A stretch of 64,000 nucleotides of DNA from an uncultured bacterium. GTDB lineage: Bacteria; Cyanobacteriota; Vampirovibrionia; Gastranaerophilales; Gastranaerophilaceae. Position 1 is the stretch's first letter. Each line of letters begins with the position of its first letter. The stretch is from positions 28,016 to 92,015 of the forward strand of contig CASDVM010000027.1 in the NCBI GenBank assembly GCA_949284415.1, in the 5' to 3' direction. The translations under genes were made by a program, and so were the position numbers. Of this stretch, positions 9,489-18,310 are shown piece after piece. The notes beneath the pieces are model-generated. The model saw nothing but the letters and a program-made list of their open reading frames with translations, was not told the DNA's origin and searched no databases.

Positions 9489-10481
9489 TTGCGCAATCCG
9501 GAATTTTTCATAAAAAGGTCGCATACCATATGCGCGATGCCGGGTCTTAATATTAAATTCCTCGCCCTTTGGAAGAGAGTGTCCGAAGGACAGGGGATGG
9601 GCTTGTTACAAAGAAGGATGTCCTTGTTTAATGACTCAAAAGAGTCTCGTTATTACACAGAAAGTTCATGCAAAACTGATGTTGCGGGTGCAGCGGCTAC
9701 GATTCCGAAACGAACTTATTCACTTATTAACCTATTCTCTTATTCTCTTCATAAAAAAGCAGCGTTTACGCTTGCAGAGGTCTTGATAACATTAGGAATT
9801 ATCGGAATCGTAGCCGCTATGACTATGCCGTCTCTTATTTCGAATTACAGACATAAAGTTTTAGAAACCCAATTTAAAAAGGCATATTCTGTTATCAGCC
9901 GGCTTGGTTCAATGATTATTTCAGAGTATGGTGATTGTTCGTATAGTCAAACTGAAGATATAAAGGAGTTTATTTTATCTAATCTTATTAAGGCGGATCA
10001 GACGAGTTCTTCGGATAAATATACTAACTTTTTTACGTATACCAAAAACAAGGCATCTGTCGGAATTCATTTTAACTGTTTGGATAATGTTTCTTGGACA
10101 AACAGCAAAAGCGGTTCAACACCGGATGGAATGCAATTCGCTCTCTGTTCTCATAACAGCGGTATTGGAACAATAGTTGCAGTTGATACTAACGGAGCGG
10201 GAAAAAGACCTAATGCATTCGGTCATGATATATTTTTCTTTCATTTTAATACGGGAAATTGCAGGCTTGAACCTATAACATATACTATCCGCAATTGTAC
10301 TGATGAAGAAAAAGACAGTTGCACACAATCTTCAGATACATATAACGGATGGAAGAGTGTTAATGGAGAATGTTCTCATACAAGTACATCTTCTACAAAC
10401 GGATTTGCCTGTGCACGGTATGCTATTGCAAATGTATGTCCTGACAGTTCGGGCAAAGGATATTTTGATTGTCTGCCTTAG
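9489..10481 (+). CDS. Type IV pilin-like / pseudopilin-like protein A. The true start is probably the leader ATG at 9380, in frame only when the tract is in phase
   Basis: KKAAFTLAEVLITLGIIGIVAAMTMPSLISNYR prepilin-type motif at residue 91 of the tracked ORF; VDTNGAGKRPNAFGHDIFFFHF family motif. The frame is open back to 9405. Confidence 0.8.
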   Translation: MRNPEFFIKRSHTICAMPGLNIKFLALWKRVSEGQGMGLLQRRMSLFNDSKESRYYTESSCKTDVAGAAATIPKRTYSLINLFSYSLHKKAAFTLAEVLITLGIIGIVAAMTMPSLISNYRHKVLETQFKKAYSVISRLGSMIISEYGDCSYSQTEDIKEFILSNLIKADQTSSSDKYTNFFTYTKNKASVGIHFNCLDNVSWTNSKSGSTPDGMQFALCSHNSGIGTIVAVDTNGAGKRPNAFGHDIFFFHFNTGNCRLEPITYTIRNCTDEEKDSCTQSSDTYNGWKSVNGECSHTSTSSTNGFACARYAIANVCPDSSGKGYFDCLP

Positions 10482-11071
10482 AACTTTACTTTTTCAGCCT
10501 GTCTTGCTTCTTTTTCAAGAAGATTTGATTTATATAATATTTTTTTCTTTAATTTATTTTTTATCATAGCTTTAATACCTTTTTCATAGTAAACTTCCAA
10601 GTCGTTAATAAAAGTTAGATCAGGATACTGTCTTAGGGCTTTTGTATATTCTTTAGCTTTTTCAAATAACGGATGGCCTCTTTTGATTACACCGTCTTTT
10701 GCGATTGTTTGTTTATAAAATTTTTCGTTAAATTCCAGATGATTATACATCGGGAATTTTTGCAATATAAAACCTTTGAAATTATTCAGTCCTTTATCGA
10801 TATTTTTTGAAAGACCTGCAAAATATCTGGCAATAATCTGATATTGTTCAATATGTTTTGCTTCATGTTTTATAAATTTTTTAATAAGCGGACGGAATAA
10901 TCTGTTGTTATAAATAAAGTTCAAATTAATTTCGGCAGTATACGGATTTGCGCTGGCTGCTGTATTATCAAGGAATAAACTTGTATGGATTTTCGGTTTT
11001 ACGGGTAATTTATTTTTTTCAGCAACTTGATTTAGAGTATTTAGTATAAACCTGCACTGTTTGATTTTCAT
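10478..11071 (-). CDS. Hypothetical protein with an HExxH motif (HEAKH)
   Basis: 197-aa ORF. Its stop overlaps the stop of pilin A in convergent orientation. No family recognised beyond HExxH. Confidence 0.5.
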   Translation of the reverse strand: MKIKQCRFILNTLNQVAEKNKLPVKPKIHTSLFLDNTAASANPYTAEINLNFIYNNRLFRPLIKKFIKHEAKHIEQYQIIARYFAGLSKNIDKGLNNFKGFILQKFPMYNHLEFNEKFYKQTIAKDGVIKRGHPLFEKAKEYTKALRQYPDLTFINDLEVYYEKGIKAMIKNKLKKKILYKSNLLEKEARQAEKVKF

Positions 11072-11187
11072 TTTAAACTCCTGTATACTTAAAAGATTAA
11101 AAATATAAAAAATGCTGAAAATAATATTGATTTTAATAAAACTTTATGATTTACAAATAAGGTAAGATTTAATTTAATATCAATTTA

Positions 11188-11196
11188 TGTTATAAT
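11188..11196 (+). promoter_or_regulatory. Extended -10 element of pilin locus B
   Basis: TGTTATAAT, about 40 nt upstream of the leader ATG. Confidence 0.45.
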
Positions 11197-11237
11197 AAAA
11201 ATATAATTAATAATTCAGCAAGAAAGAGGAGAGAAGT

Positions 11238-11285
11238 ATGAAAGATTTATTAAGAATTGTGAACGCGGGGGGGGGCGCTTCTTAG
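11238..11285 (+). other. Leader ORF of pilin locus B, containing a G9 tract at 11267-11275
   Basis: AGGAG at 11227-11231, ATG at 11238, sequence MKDLLRIVNAGGG. It stops at 11283-11285 as assembled. With 8 or 11 G it is in frame with ORF 11371..12219, and there is no stop between them. Confidence 0.7.
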
Positions 11286-11370
11286 CTCCTTATCAATAAT
11301 TTTAACTTGTCAAAATAAAAAAAACTGTTATAATAGTGATAAAATACATCACAATTATAAGGGATTTAAC

Positions 11371-12219
11371 TTGGAAAAATTAAAAGGTTTTACCCGTGCG
11401 GAAGGTGCGCATGTAAGCGACTTTGACAAGATACGCAGAGCAGCATTTACTTTGGCAGAAGTTTTGATAACATTAGGAATTGTAGGAGTTGTAGCAGCCA
11501 TGACAATGCCCGCGCTGATAAATAATTACAGGGCAAAAGTCTTAGAAATAAGTTTTAAAAAAGCTGATTCCATTATTACCCAAGCAATGCAAACAACAAT
11601 GTATGAATACGGGTTTACAAGGTATTATGATTTCGGGATATTTTGTAGCGGTGAGTATTGTAAAGATACAAAACCTGAAGTTTACTTACCTCTGAACAAT
11701 TTATGGAAAAAGCAATTCAGCGGTTTAGAAGAGACAGGTTGGCAGCAAATAAAATCTAAAAATTATCCGTTTGCTAAATTTTGGGGAGAAAAAGCTAATT
11801 TTAATTACGTATTTATGGTTGCCGGTGCCAAGAATAATACTTCTCTAAAGGCATATTTTATGAAAGATGGAATGTTAATCAGTGAAATTATTTTTGAGGC
11901 AAATAATGCTTCGGAATTGGGTGATAAAAGTCATAGGTATACAATATTTCCATTTATATTTGTAGATACAAACGGACCGGCAAAAGGTCCGAATCGTTTA
12001 GGTTATGATATGTTCTATTGGGTTAAAATGACATGTTATTTTACATACTGCGATCCTTTATCTGATAATGTAAGAGGTTGTTATTTATGGGCAAGAAAAG
12101 ATCAAAATCCTTATGATAATTCGGTCAGTTATTGGAAATCATTGTATAAATCAAAGAGTTACTGGGAAAAATTAAAATCTATAGGCGGTGGTAATGGAGA
12201 ACCCAAAGAATTATATTAA
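11371..12219 (+). CDS. Type IV pilin-like / pseudopilin-like protein B
   Basis: RRAAFTLAEVLITLGIVGVVAAMTMPALINNYR and VDTNGPAKGPNRLGYDMFYW. A degenerate first motif MEKLKGFTRAE lies at the tracked TTG start. Confidence 0.8.
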   Translation: MEKLKGFTRAEGAHVSDFDKIRRAAFTLAEVLITLGIVGVVAAMTMPALINNYRAKVLEISFKKADSIITQAMQTTMYEYGFTRYYDFGIFCSGEYCKDTKPEVYLPLNNLWKKQFSGLEETGWQQIKSKNYPFAKFWGEKANFNYVFMVAGAKNNTSLKAYFMKDGMLISEIIFEANNASELGDKSHRYTIFPFIFVDTNGPAKGPNRLGYDMFYWVKMTCYFTYCDPLSDNVRGCYLWARKDQNPYDNSVSYWKSLYKSKSYWEKLKSIGGGNGEPKELY

Positions 12220-12285
12220 AATAAATTTGATTTCCGATTCTTGTTTTTTATACATTTTAGAGGATGAATACAGTACCTATGCCGC

Positions 12286-15200
12286 CTAGTCAACGGAGAA
12301 GATTTCTTTGATATCGTCCATTGTAAGAGATTTAACGATATTTCTGTCAACGGAAATTACACTGTCAACAAGGTTGCGCTTAACGGTTTTGAGCTTTTGA
12401 ATTTTTTCTTCAACGGTATTTTTCGTAATAAGTCTGTATACAAAAACTTTTTTAGTCTGGCCGATACGGTAGGCTCTGTCTGTTGCCTGATCTTCAACCG
12501 CAGGATTCCACCAAGGATCGTAATGGATTACGTAATCCGCTCCTGTCAAATTCAAACCTGTTCCGCCTGCTTTCAAACTGATTAAGAATATCGGAATAGA
12601 CGGGGTTGAATTAAATCTTTCAACAGCTCCCTGCCTGTCTTTGGTTTTACCTGTCAGATACTCGTAAGGAATTCCTTCTCTTTCAAGCCACGCTTTAATT
12701 ATATCGAGCATATCGACAAACTGGCTGAATAGTAATATTCTGTGCCCTTCGTCAATAATTTCTTCCAGCATTCCTTTAAGTTTTTCAAATTTACCGGATT
12801 TCATAATGTTTTTGACATTATTTTTGTCGTAAAGTCTCGGATGGCAGCATATCTGGCGTAATCTCAGAAGTGCCGAGAAAATTGAAAGTCTGCTCTTTTC
12901 AAGTCCGTTTTGTTCAATGGATTTGAACAGTTCTTCTTTAGTGCTGTCAAGAACCTGCAGGTAGAAATCTCTTTGCTCATCCGTAAGTTCGCAGTATGCA
13001 ATGTTTTCGACTTTATCAGGAAGATCTTTTGCAACATCGCGTTTCATACGGCGTAAGATGAACGGATAAATCTGGAGTTTTAAACGTTTTTCAACAGTTT
13101 TATCCTGACGTTCCATAATCGGGTTGACGTATCTGTAATTAAATTCAGACATGCTGAACAAAAATCCGGGCATTAAAAAGTCAAACACTGACCATAGTTC
13201 TTCAAGTTTGTTTTCAATAGGCGTGCCTGAAAGCGCGAGTTTATGAGATGCCTGTAATTTTTTTACTGCCTGTGCAGTCTGTGACATTGCGTTTTTGATA
13301 TTCTGTGATTCATCAAGAATTACATATCTGAAATTATAATCTTTTAATTTGTTAATATCGCGTCTTATAAGCGCATAGCTTGTAATTACAACATCGTAGT
13401 TTGGAATTTCTTTAAAGAATTCTTTTCTGTCAACGCCTGACAGTTTTAATGTTGTCAGAGTCGGCGCGAATTTTTGAATTTCTGATTCCCAGTTAAATAC
13501 AACTGTTGTCGGGCATATTACAAGAGTCGGTGAAGATCCGTCTTCTTCTTTGGCTTTTTGGATTACGGCAAGAGCCTGTAATGTTTTTCCAAGCCCCATA
13601 TCATCGGCCAGAATTCCGTTCAACCCGTATTTGTACATAAACCAGAGCCAGCCGAAACCTTTTGTCTGATATTCACGGAATTCAGCATGGATTCCTTCCG
13701 GCAGTTTCAAATCTTCCGAGGTTGAGAAGTTTGACATCTGTTTCCAGAAATTTTCGAACTCTTCGCTCAAAACAAGTTCTACATTCAGGTTTTTAAGTTC
13801 ATTAATTAATCCTGCGCGATATGTTTTTACGATAAATTTATTTTCGTTGTTTCTGTAAACATCAAATGAATTAAACGCACGCATGATAGAATAAATATCC
13901 TGCGCAGGGTATTCGACAAAACCGAGACTTCTTATACGGCTGTATTTTTCTCCGCTTTGAATTGTTTCATATATTTCATCAAAATTGATAATTTCTTCAC
14001 CAACCTGACCGTACAAAAATATTTCGAAAGAATCTTCAGCCTCTTCGGAAAAATCGATTTTTGCACAGAGTCTGAACGGATCATCCATAAGCTTGAAGAA
14101 GGTCATGTCGTCTTTTTCAACAAATTTCCAGCCTTCTCCTGCCTGTTTAATATAATAATTGTAGAAATCTATAGCATTTTCTTTTTCAAGTGCAAGGTTA
14201 TTTGTCTGCATTGGAACAAATTTGCACGCCAGAAGCATTTGATAAGCTTCCTGTTCATGTTTCAAATTTCTTTTAATCCAGTAGACAAGATCTTCGCCCT
14301 GTTTTTTGATAGTGATATAAGGAGCTTTTTCTGCTGTTGTTTTTGAATACGGAACAACTACACCGTCATATTCAAATTCCAGAGAGGCTTTTAAAGATTG
14401 GTCATAATCAATGCCCATTGTTACAATATTCAACGGCGGACGTTCCTCAAGCATAAGCTTGCTTATATTATCGGCAATTTCTACGTCCATAATTTCCTGA
14501 AGTTTGGGCAGTTCTTCGTAGATAAATTTTCCGCCGTCAGCATCTTTCAAGTCCGTAAAAGAAGATTTGAGTATATTTTGCGGAATAGAACTCATGGCAA
14601 TATTAGTCGGAAAAATTATATTTTTGTATCTGCCCCATTTCAAATGTCTTGAGAAATATCTTACTTCCTCAAGCGGGTAAACATCATCTTTATCAGGCCT
14701 TTTCCATTCAAGCGAGAGAAGAATTGTACCCTGAGCGCCTGTATTAACATTCAGAATAAGCTTCCATTCTTCATCCGTAAATTTAAGTCTGTCTTTTGTT
14801 TTTTCATCAAGAACTTCATCGGCTTTTGAAAGAAGTGTAAACATCGGTCCGAACTTTGTAATCGGAATATCGTACCAGCCTGCTTTTTTATCCTGTCTTG
14901 AGATAGTTAAAAGCTGCTGGAATATTGCAACTTCAACTTTTTGGGAATTGTTGAGTTCAAAATTCGGATTTTGTTTTTGAGCTTCAATCAGTGCCCTTAA
15001 GATAGGTTCAATCTGTCTGACGACTTTCCCTGTTTCTCTTGAACGTACAAGCACCGAGAAGAAATTTGCTTTCCTTTTTGAATTAAAGTGAAAAATATAA
15101 TTTCCCTGCGGTTCTTCCGTTAAAGCTGTATTCTCATCGGGAAAATCAAATTCCATGCCGAATTTCGTCTCAAGCCAGTCCTCATAAGCGTGCTCATCGA

Positions 15201-15471
15201 TTGCTTTTAATGCAACGGCAACCGAATGCTTGCACCATTCTTCTTTCAGCGGGCAGTTACAACGGGCTTCTACCTTATTTTTCTTAAAGATTAAATCAGT
15301 GTTATAATGATCCTGAAAATTTCCTTTGACTTTAGCCATGTAGAAATTTTTTTCAGGATACGAGTCAAACACCATGTCTTTAAGATGGTATTCATAACCT
15401 CTGCGCCAGCTTCCGGGGCTTGCATTCTCTTTTATGAATTTGTAGTTAAATTCCTGCGGTTTCGCACTCAT
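12286..15471 (-). CDS. SNF2-family helicase with an N-terminal SWIM zinc finger
   Basis: CNCPLKEEWCKHSVAV (SWIM), ADDMGLGKT, ILDESQNIKN, SLKAGGTGLNLT and QATDRAYRIGQ. Confidence 0.9.
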   Translation of the reverse strand: MSAKPQEFNYKFIKENASPGSWRRGYEYHLKDMVFDSYPEKNFYMAKVKGNFQDHYNTDLIFKKNKVEARCNCPLKEEWCKHSVAVALKAIDEHAYEDWLETKFGMEFDFPDENTALTEEPQGNYIFHFNSKRKANFFSVLVRSRETGKVVRQIEPILRALIEAQKQNPNFELNNSQKVEVAIFQQLLTISRQDKKAGWYDIPITKFGPMFTLLSKADEVLDEKTKDRLKFTDEEWKLILNVNTGAQGTILLSLEWKRPDKDDVYPLEEVRYFSRHLKWGRYKNIIFPTNIAMSSIPQNILKSSFTDLKDADGGKFIYEELPKLQEIMDVEIADNISKLMLEERPPLNIVTMGIDYDQSLKASLEFEYDGVVVPYSKTTAEKAPYITIKKQGEDLVYWIKRNLKHEQEAYQMLLACKFVPMQTNNLALEKENAIDFYNYYIKQAGEGWKFVEKDDMTFFKLMDDPFRLCAKIDFSEEAEDSFEIFLYGQVGEEIINFDEIYETIQSGEKYSRIRSLGFVEYPAQDIYSIMRAFNSFDVYRNNENKFIVKTYRAGLINELKNLNVELVLSEEFENFWKQMSNFSTSEDLKLPEGIHAEFREYQTKGFGWLWFMYKYGLNGILADDMGLGKTLQALAVIQKAKEEDGSSPTLVICPTTVVFNWESEIQKFAPTLTTLKLSGVDRKEFFKEIPNYDVVITSYALIRRDINKLKDYNFRYVILDESQNIKNAMSQTAQAVKKLQASHKLALSGTPIENKLEELWSVFDFLMPGFLFSMSEFNYRYVNPIMERQDKTVEKRLKLQIYPFILRRMKRDVAKDLPDKVENIAYCELTDEQRDFYLQVLDSTKEELFKSIEQNGLEKSRLSIFSALLRLRQICCHPRLYDKNNVKNIMKSGKFEKLKGMLEEIIDEGHRILLFSQFVDMLDIIKAWLEREGIPYEYLTGKTKDRQGAVERFNSTPSIPIFLISLKAGGTGLNLTGADYVIHYDPWWNPAVEDQATDRAYRIGQTKKVFVYRLITKNTVEEKIQKLKTVKRNLVDSVISVDRNIVKSLTMDDIKEIFSVD

Positions 15472-15590
15472 TATGTTTTGAGTATCTCTTTCTTTCCCTA
15501 AGGGTACAAACTTTCGGATATAGAGTTAAATCTATAAGCCCTTATTAACAATTATATTATTACATAAAAAAAATAAAACACAAGAAGTTT

Positions 15591-16052
15591 TTATCCCAGA
15601 AGATAAAAATGCAGGGCACCGGCAAATAAAATTCCGAAAATGGCTCCTGCAATGACTTCCAAAGGGGTGTGCCCGAGAAGTTCTTTTAATTTCCCGCCTA
15701 TTGCCTGAACATCATGTTTGTAAAAATCTTCCATCATTCTGTTTAAGCAGGCGGCTGTTTTACCTGCTGCACGGCGTACTCCTGCCGCGTCATACATTGT
15801 AATTAAAGCATACCCGATTGCGACTGCGAATATAATTGAATCCCAGCCTTCAATCAGACCGACAGAAGTTGACAATCCCATAACACCAGCTGAATGAGAG
15901 CTTGGCATGCCTCCTGTGGTTGTAAAGATTTTAAAATTTATTTTTTTTGTTTTGTATGTAAAAATAAAAAATTTAATTATCTGTGCAGAGGTGGCTGCCA
16001 GTAATCCTGCTGCTAAAGCCTCATAGCCTGTATTTAAGATGCCTGTAATCAT
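15591..16052 (-). CDS. Divergent PAP2 family membrane protein (YuiD-like)
   Basis: GGMPSSHSA and GHTPLEV motifs in a multi-TM protein. Confidence 0.8.
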   Translation of the reverse strand: MITGILNTGYEALAAGLLAATSAQIIKFFIFTYKTKKINFKIFTTTGGMPSSHSAGVMGLSTSVGLIEGWDSIIFAVAIGYALITMYDAAGVRRAAGKTAACLNRMMEDFYKHDVQAIGGKLKELLGHTPLEVIAGAIFGILFAGALHFYLLG

Positions 16053-16117
16053 TAATATCCTACTCTCTTTTTCAAGTTGCCTTTCAAGTATAGCATAAAA
16101 ACTATTTTTTGTGTATT

Positions 16118-17008
16118 TTAATTAATCCTGATTTTATTCAGAATTTGTTCAAAAACTTCTGATTTAAGATTATTTATTGACAAAATTTCAAAGCACTCAT
16201 CAATCAGTTTGCTTAAATCTTCTTTTGATTTTTTAAGTCCGTAAAGGCTAGTGTAAGTTAACTTCCCTTCTTCTTTATCTTTTCCTATAGTTTTTCCCAT
16301 TTCTTCAAAAGTTGAAGTTTCATCTAAAATGTCATCGGCTATTTGAAATGCTACCCCTAGTTTTTGTCCGAATTCTGTTATTTGTTCAAGCTGTTCATCT
16401 GTAGCATCGGCAATTATTGCCCCTGTTCGCAGTGCAAGTTTAAAAAGATCTGCTGTTTTGTGCGTATGAATATATTCCAAGATTCCGGGAAGTTGTTCAT
16501 CATCAGTATCAAACGAGCCGGCTTGAGAAAATTTTTCACTTTCAATATCAACAACCTGTCCTGCAATGACCCCGTAAGCTCCTGCTGCTTGGAAATATTC
16601 TTCCATAATTTTAATCAGTTTTTCTGCTCCGAGATGTTTAGAGTGTTTTAATATCGTCTGCGGTGCAAAAGTTAACAGAGCATCGCCTGCAAGCACCGCA
16701 TGGGCTTCTCCGAAAACCATATGGTTTGTAAGCCGGCCGCGTCTGTACATATCGTTATCCATGCAGGGAAGATCGTCATGTATAAGTGTTTGCGCGTGAA
16801 GCATCTCTATTGCACACGCTGTCGGGATTGCATCTTCATAATTCCCGCCAAACATACGGCATGCTTCAAGACACATAACAGGTCTTAAGCGTTTGCCGGG
16901 TAATGTTACCGTGTATTTCATTGATTTGAAAATCTTTTGCGGGTAACATACAGGCATATATGCATCAAGTTTTTTATCAATAAGTTCAATATATTCATTC
17001 ATTTTCAT
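16118..17008 (-). CDS. Polyprenyl diphosphate synthase (FPP/GGPP synthase type)
   Basis: LIHDDLPCMDNDMYRRG and IADDILD aspartate-rich motifs. Confidence 0.88.
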   Translation of the reverse strand: MKMNEYIELIDKKLDAYMPVCYPQKIFKSMKYTVTLPGKRLRPVMCLEACRMFGGNYEDAIPTACAIEMLHAQTLIHDDLPCMDNDMYRRGRLTNHMVFGEAHAVLAGDALLTFAPQTILKHSKHLGAEKLIKIMEEYFQAAGAYGVIAGQVVDIESEKFSQAGSFDTDDEQLPGILEYIHTHKTADLFKLALRTGAIIADATDEQLEQITEFGQKLGVAFQIADDILDETSTFEEMGKTIGKDKEEGKLTYTSLYGLKKSKEDLSKLIDECFEILSINNLKSEVFEQILNKIRIN

Positions 17009-17993
17009 ATTCGATACCTTTATAAATGTTTTGTTTTAATGTGTTTCTGGCGCTTTGCCGTTTCTTTTCGCTGATTTTTGCAATGTGTTTGTTGTGAACA
17101 AATTTTTTTGAATTTTCTTGTTTTCTGCCTTCGTATTTTATGCGTTCTTTGTATTCTCCTGCTTCTTCAATAAATGCAAGATAACTTTCATAGCGTGAAG
17201 GATTAATTTTTTCAATGTTATTTAAGACATTACACCCGTCTTCATTTATGTGAAGGCAGTCCGAGTACTTACATTCATCTCTGAATTTTGCAATATCATC
17301 AAAAAGCAAATCTACATCTGCAGGCATTATAAAATCAAATTTTACGTTGCTGAATCCGGGTGTGTCAACTATTCTTGATATATCATTGATTTTTATAATT
17401 TCACAATGTCTTGTTGTATGTGTGCCGCGTTGAGTTTTTTCGCTGACTTCTTTTGTTCTCAAATTAAGATTCGGGTTAATCGCATTTACAAGGCTGGATT
17501 TTCCTACACCGGAATTCCCGCACAAAACGCTTGTTTTGCCTTCCAGAAGCTTCTCAAAGTTTTTAATCCCTTTGTGTTCTGTTGCAGAAGTGTAGACAAT
17601 TTTGTAGCCTAGAGACTCATAAATCTTTTTAATTTTTTCTTTAAGATGTTTGTCCCATTTCAAATCTTCTTTATTAAAGCAAAGAACTGCAGGAATATTA
17701 TAATATTTCGTAAGCGAAATATAGCGGTTTAATTGATGAAGGTCTAAATCAGGCTCTTTCAGTGCTGAAACAATAATAATCTGGTCGATGTTTGCAACAC
17801 TGGGGCGTTTTATAAAATTTTTCCGCTGAATGAGTTTTTTAATTACACCGTTTTCAAACTCGACAAAATCTCCAACGAGAAATTTTTCTTTCTGCTTTTT
17901 TAAAACCTCGCGAATTTTACATTCATGCGTTTTTTGTCCGTCATCAACGTAATAAAAATCGGAATGAATTTTATAGATTTGTCCTTCAGCCAT
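16995..17993 (-). CDS. rsgA: Ribosome small-subunit-dependent GTPase A
   Basis: GNSGVGKSSL, VDTPGF and a C-terminal Cys/His cluster CKYSDCLHINEDGC. Confidence 0.9.
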   Translation of the reverse strand: MAEGQIYKIHSDFYYVDDGQKTHECKIREVLKKQKEKFLVGDFVEFENGVIKKLIQRKNFIKRPSVANIDQIIIVSALKEPDLDLHQLNRYISLTKYYNIPAVLCFNKEDLKWDKHLKEKIKKIYESLGYKIVYTSATEHKGIKNFEKLLEGKTSVLCGNSGVGKSSLVNAINPNLNLRTKEVSEKTQRGTHTTRHCEIIKINDISRIVDTPGFSNVKFDFIMPADVDLLFDDIAKFRDECKYSDCLHINEDGCNVLNNIEKINPSRYESYLAFIEEAGEYKERIKYEGRKQENSKKFVHNKHIAKISEKKRQSARNTLKQNIYKGIEYENE

Positions 17994-18081
17994 TACAGAA
18001 TTATTTTACCATGAAATTTTTTCTTAGTAAAAGATTCTAAGTTTACCAGGTAAATAAAAGAACAGGTTAATAAGAGAATAA

Positions 18082-18187
18082 GTCGTTCGCACTCTCTCCT
18101 ATGAAAGAGGGTTGAGGGCAGAGTTGATTTTTACCCACTCCCTTTACTTCCTCTGTTTTGCTCACCCGTGAATAACGGGAGTGCGAC
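18082..18187. repeat. Palindromic intergenic repeat element
   Basis: TCGCACTC at 18087-18094 pairs with GAGTGCGA at 18179-18186. The GAATAAGTC flank motif is shared with 36575-36589 and, in reverse complement, 47510-47518. Confidence 0.4.
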
Positions 18188-18310
18188 TTTATGTTATCTG
18201 TCTTTTGTTACTAATTTTGCTTTATTTTGTAACAATTATTTGAAGTTTTGAATGTTTATGATATTATCAGTTTAACAGATGATTATAATATTTATGAAAA
18301 GGGGAAAAAT

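Noticed and set aside
11308-11336. A TTGTCA-16 nt-TATAAT promoter-like sequence between the locus B tract and the pilin ORF could make the tract irrelevant.
   Set aside because: Such hexamers arise easily in sequence this AT-rich, and it lies inside the stop-free frame. It is kept as a caveat for locus B and not called as a feature.
12286-15471. The SNF2/SWIM helicase as part of a phage-defence island.
   Set aside because: There are no partner genes nearby (methyltransferase, PglZ, nuclease, etc.). It is flanked by a pilin paralog and housekeeping genes, so it looks like a stand-alone RapA/YwqA-type helicase.
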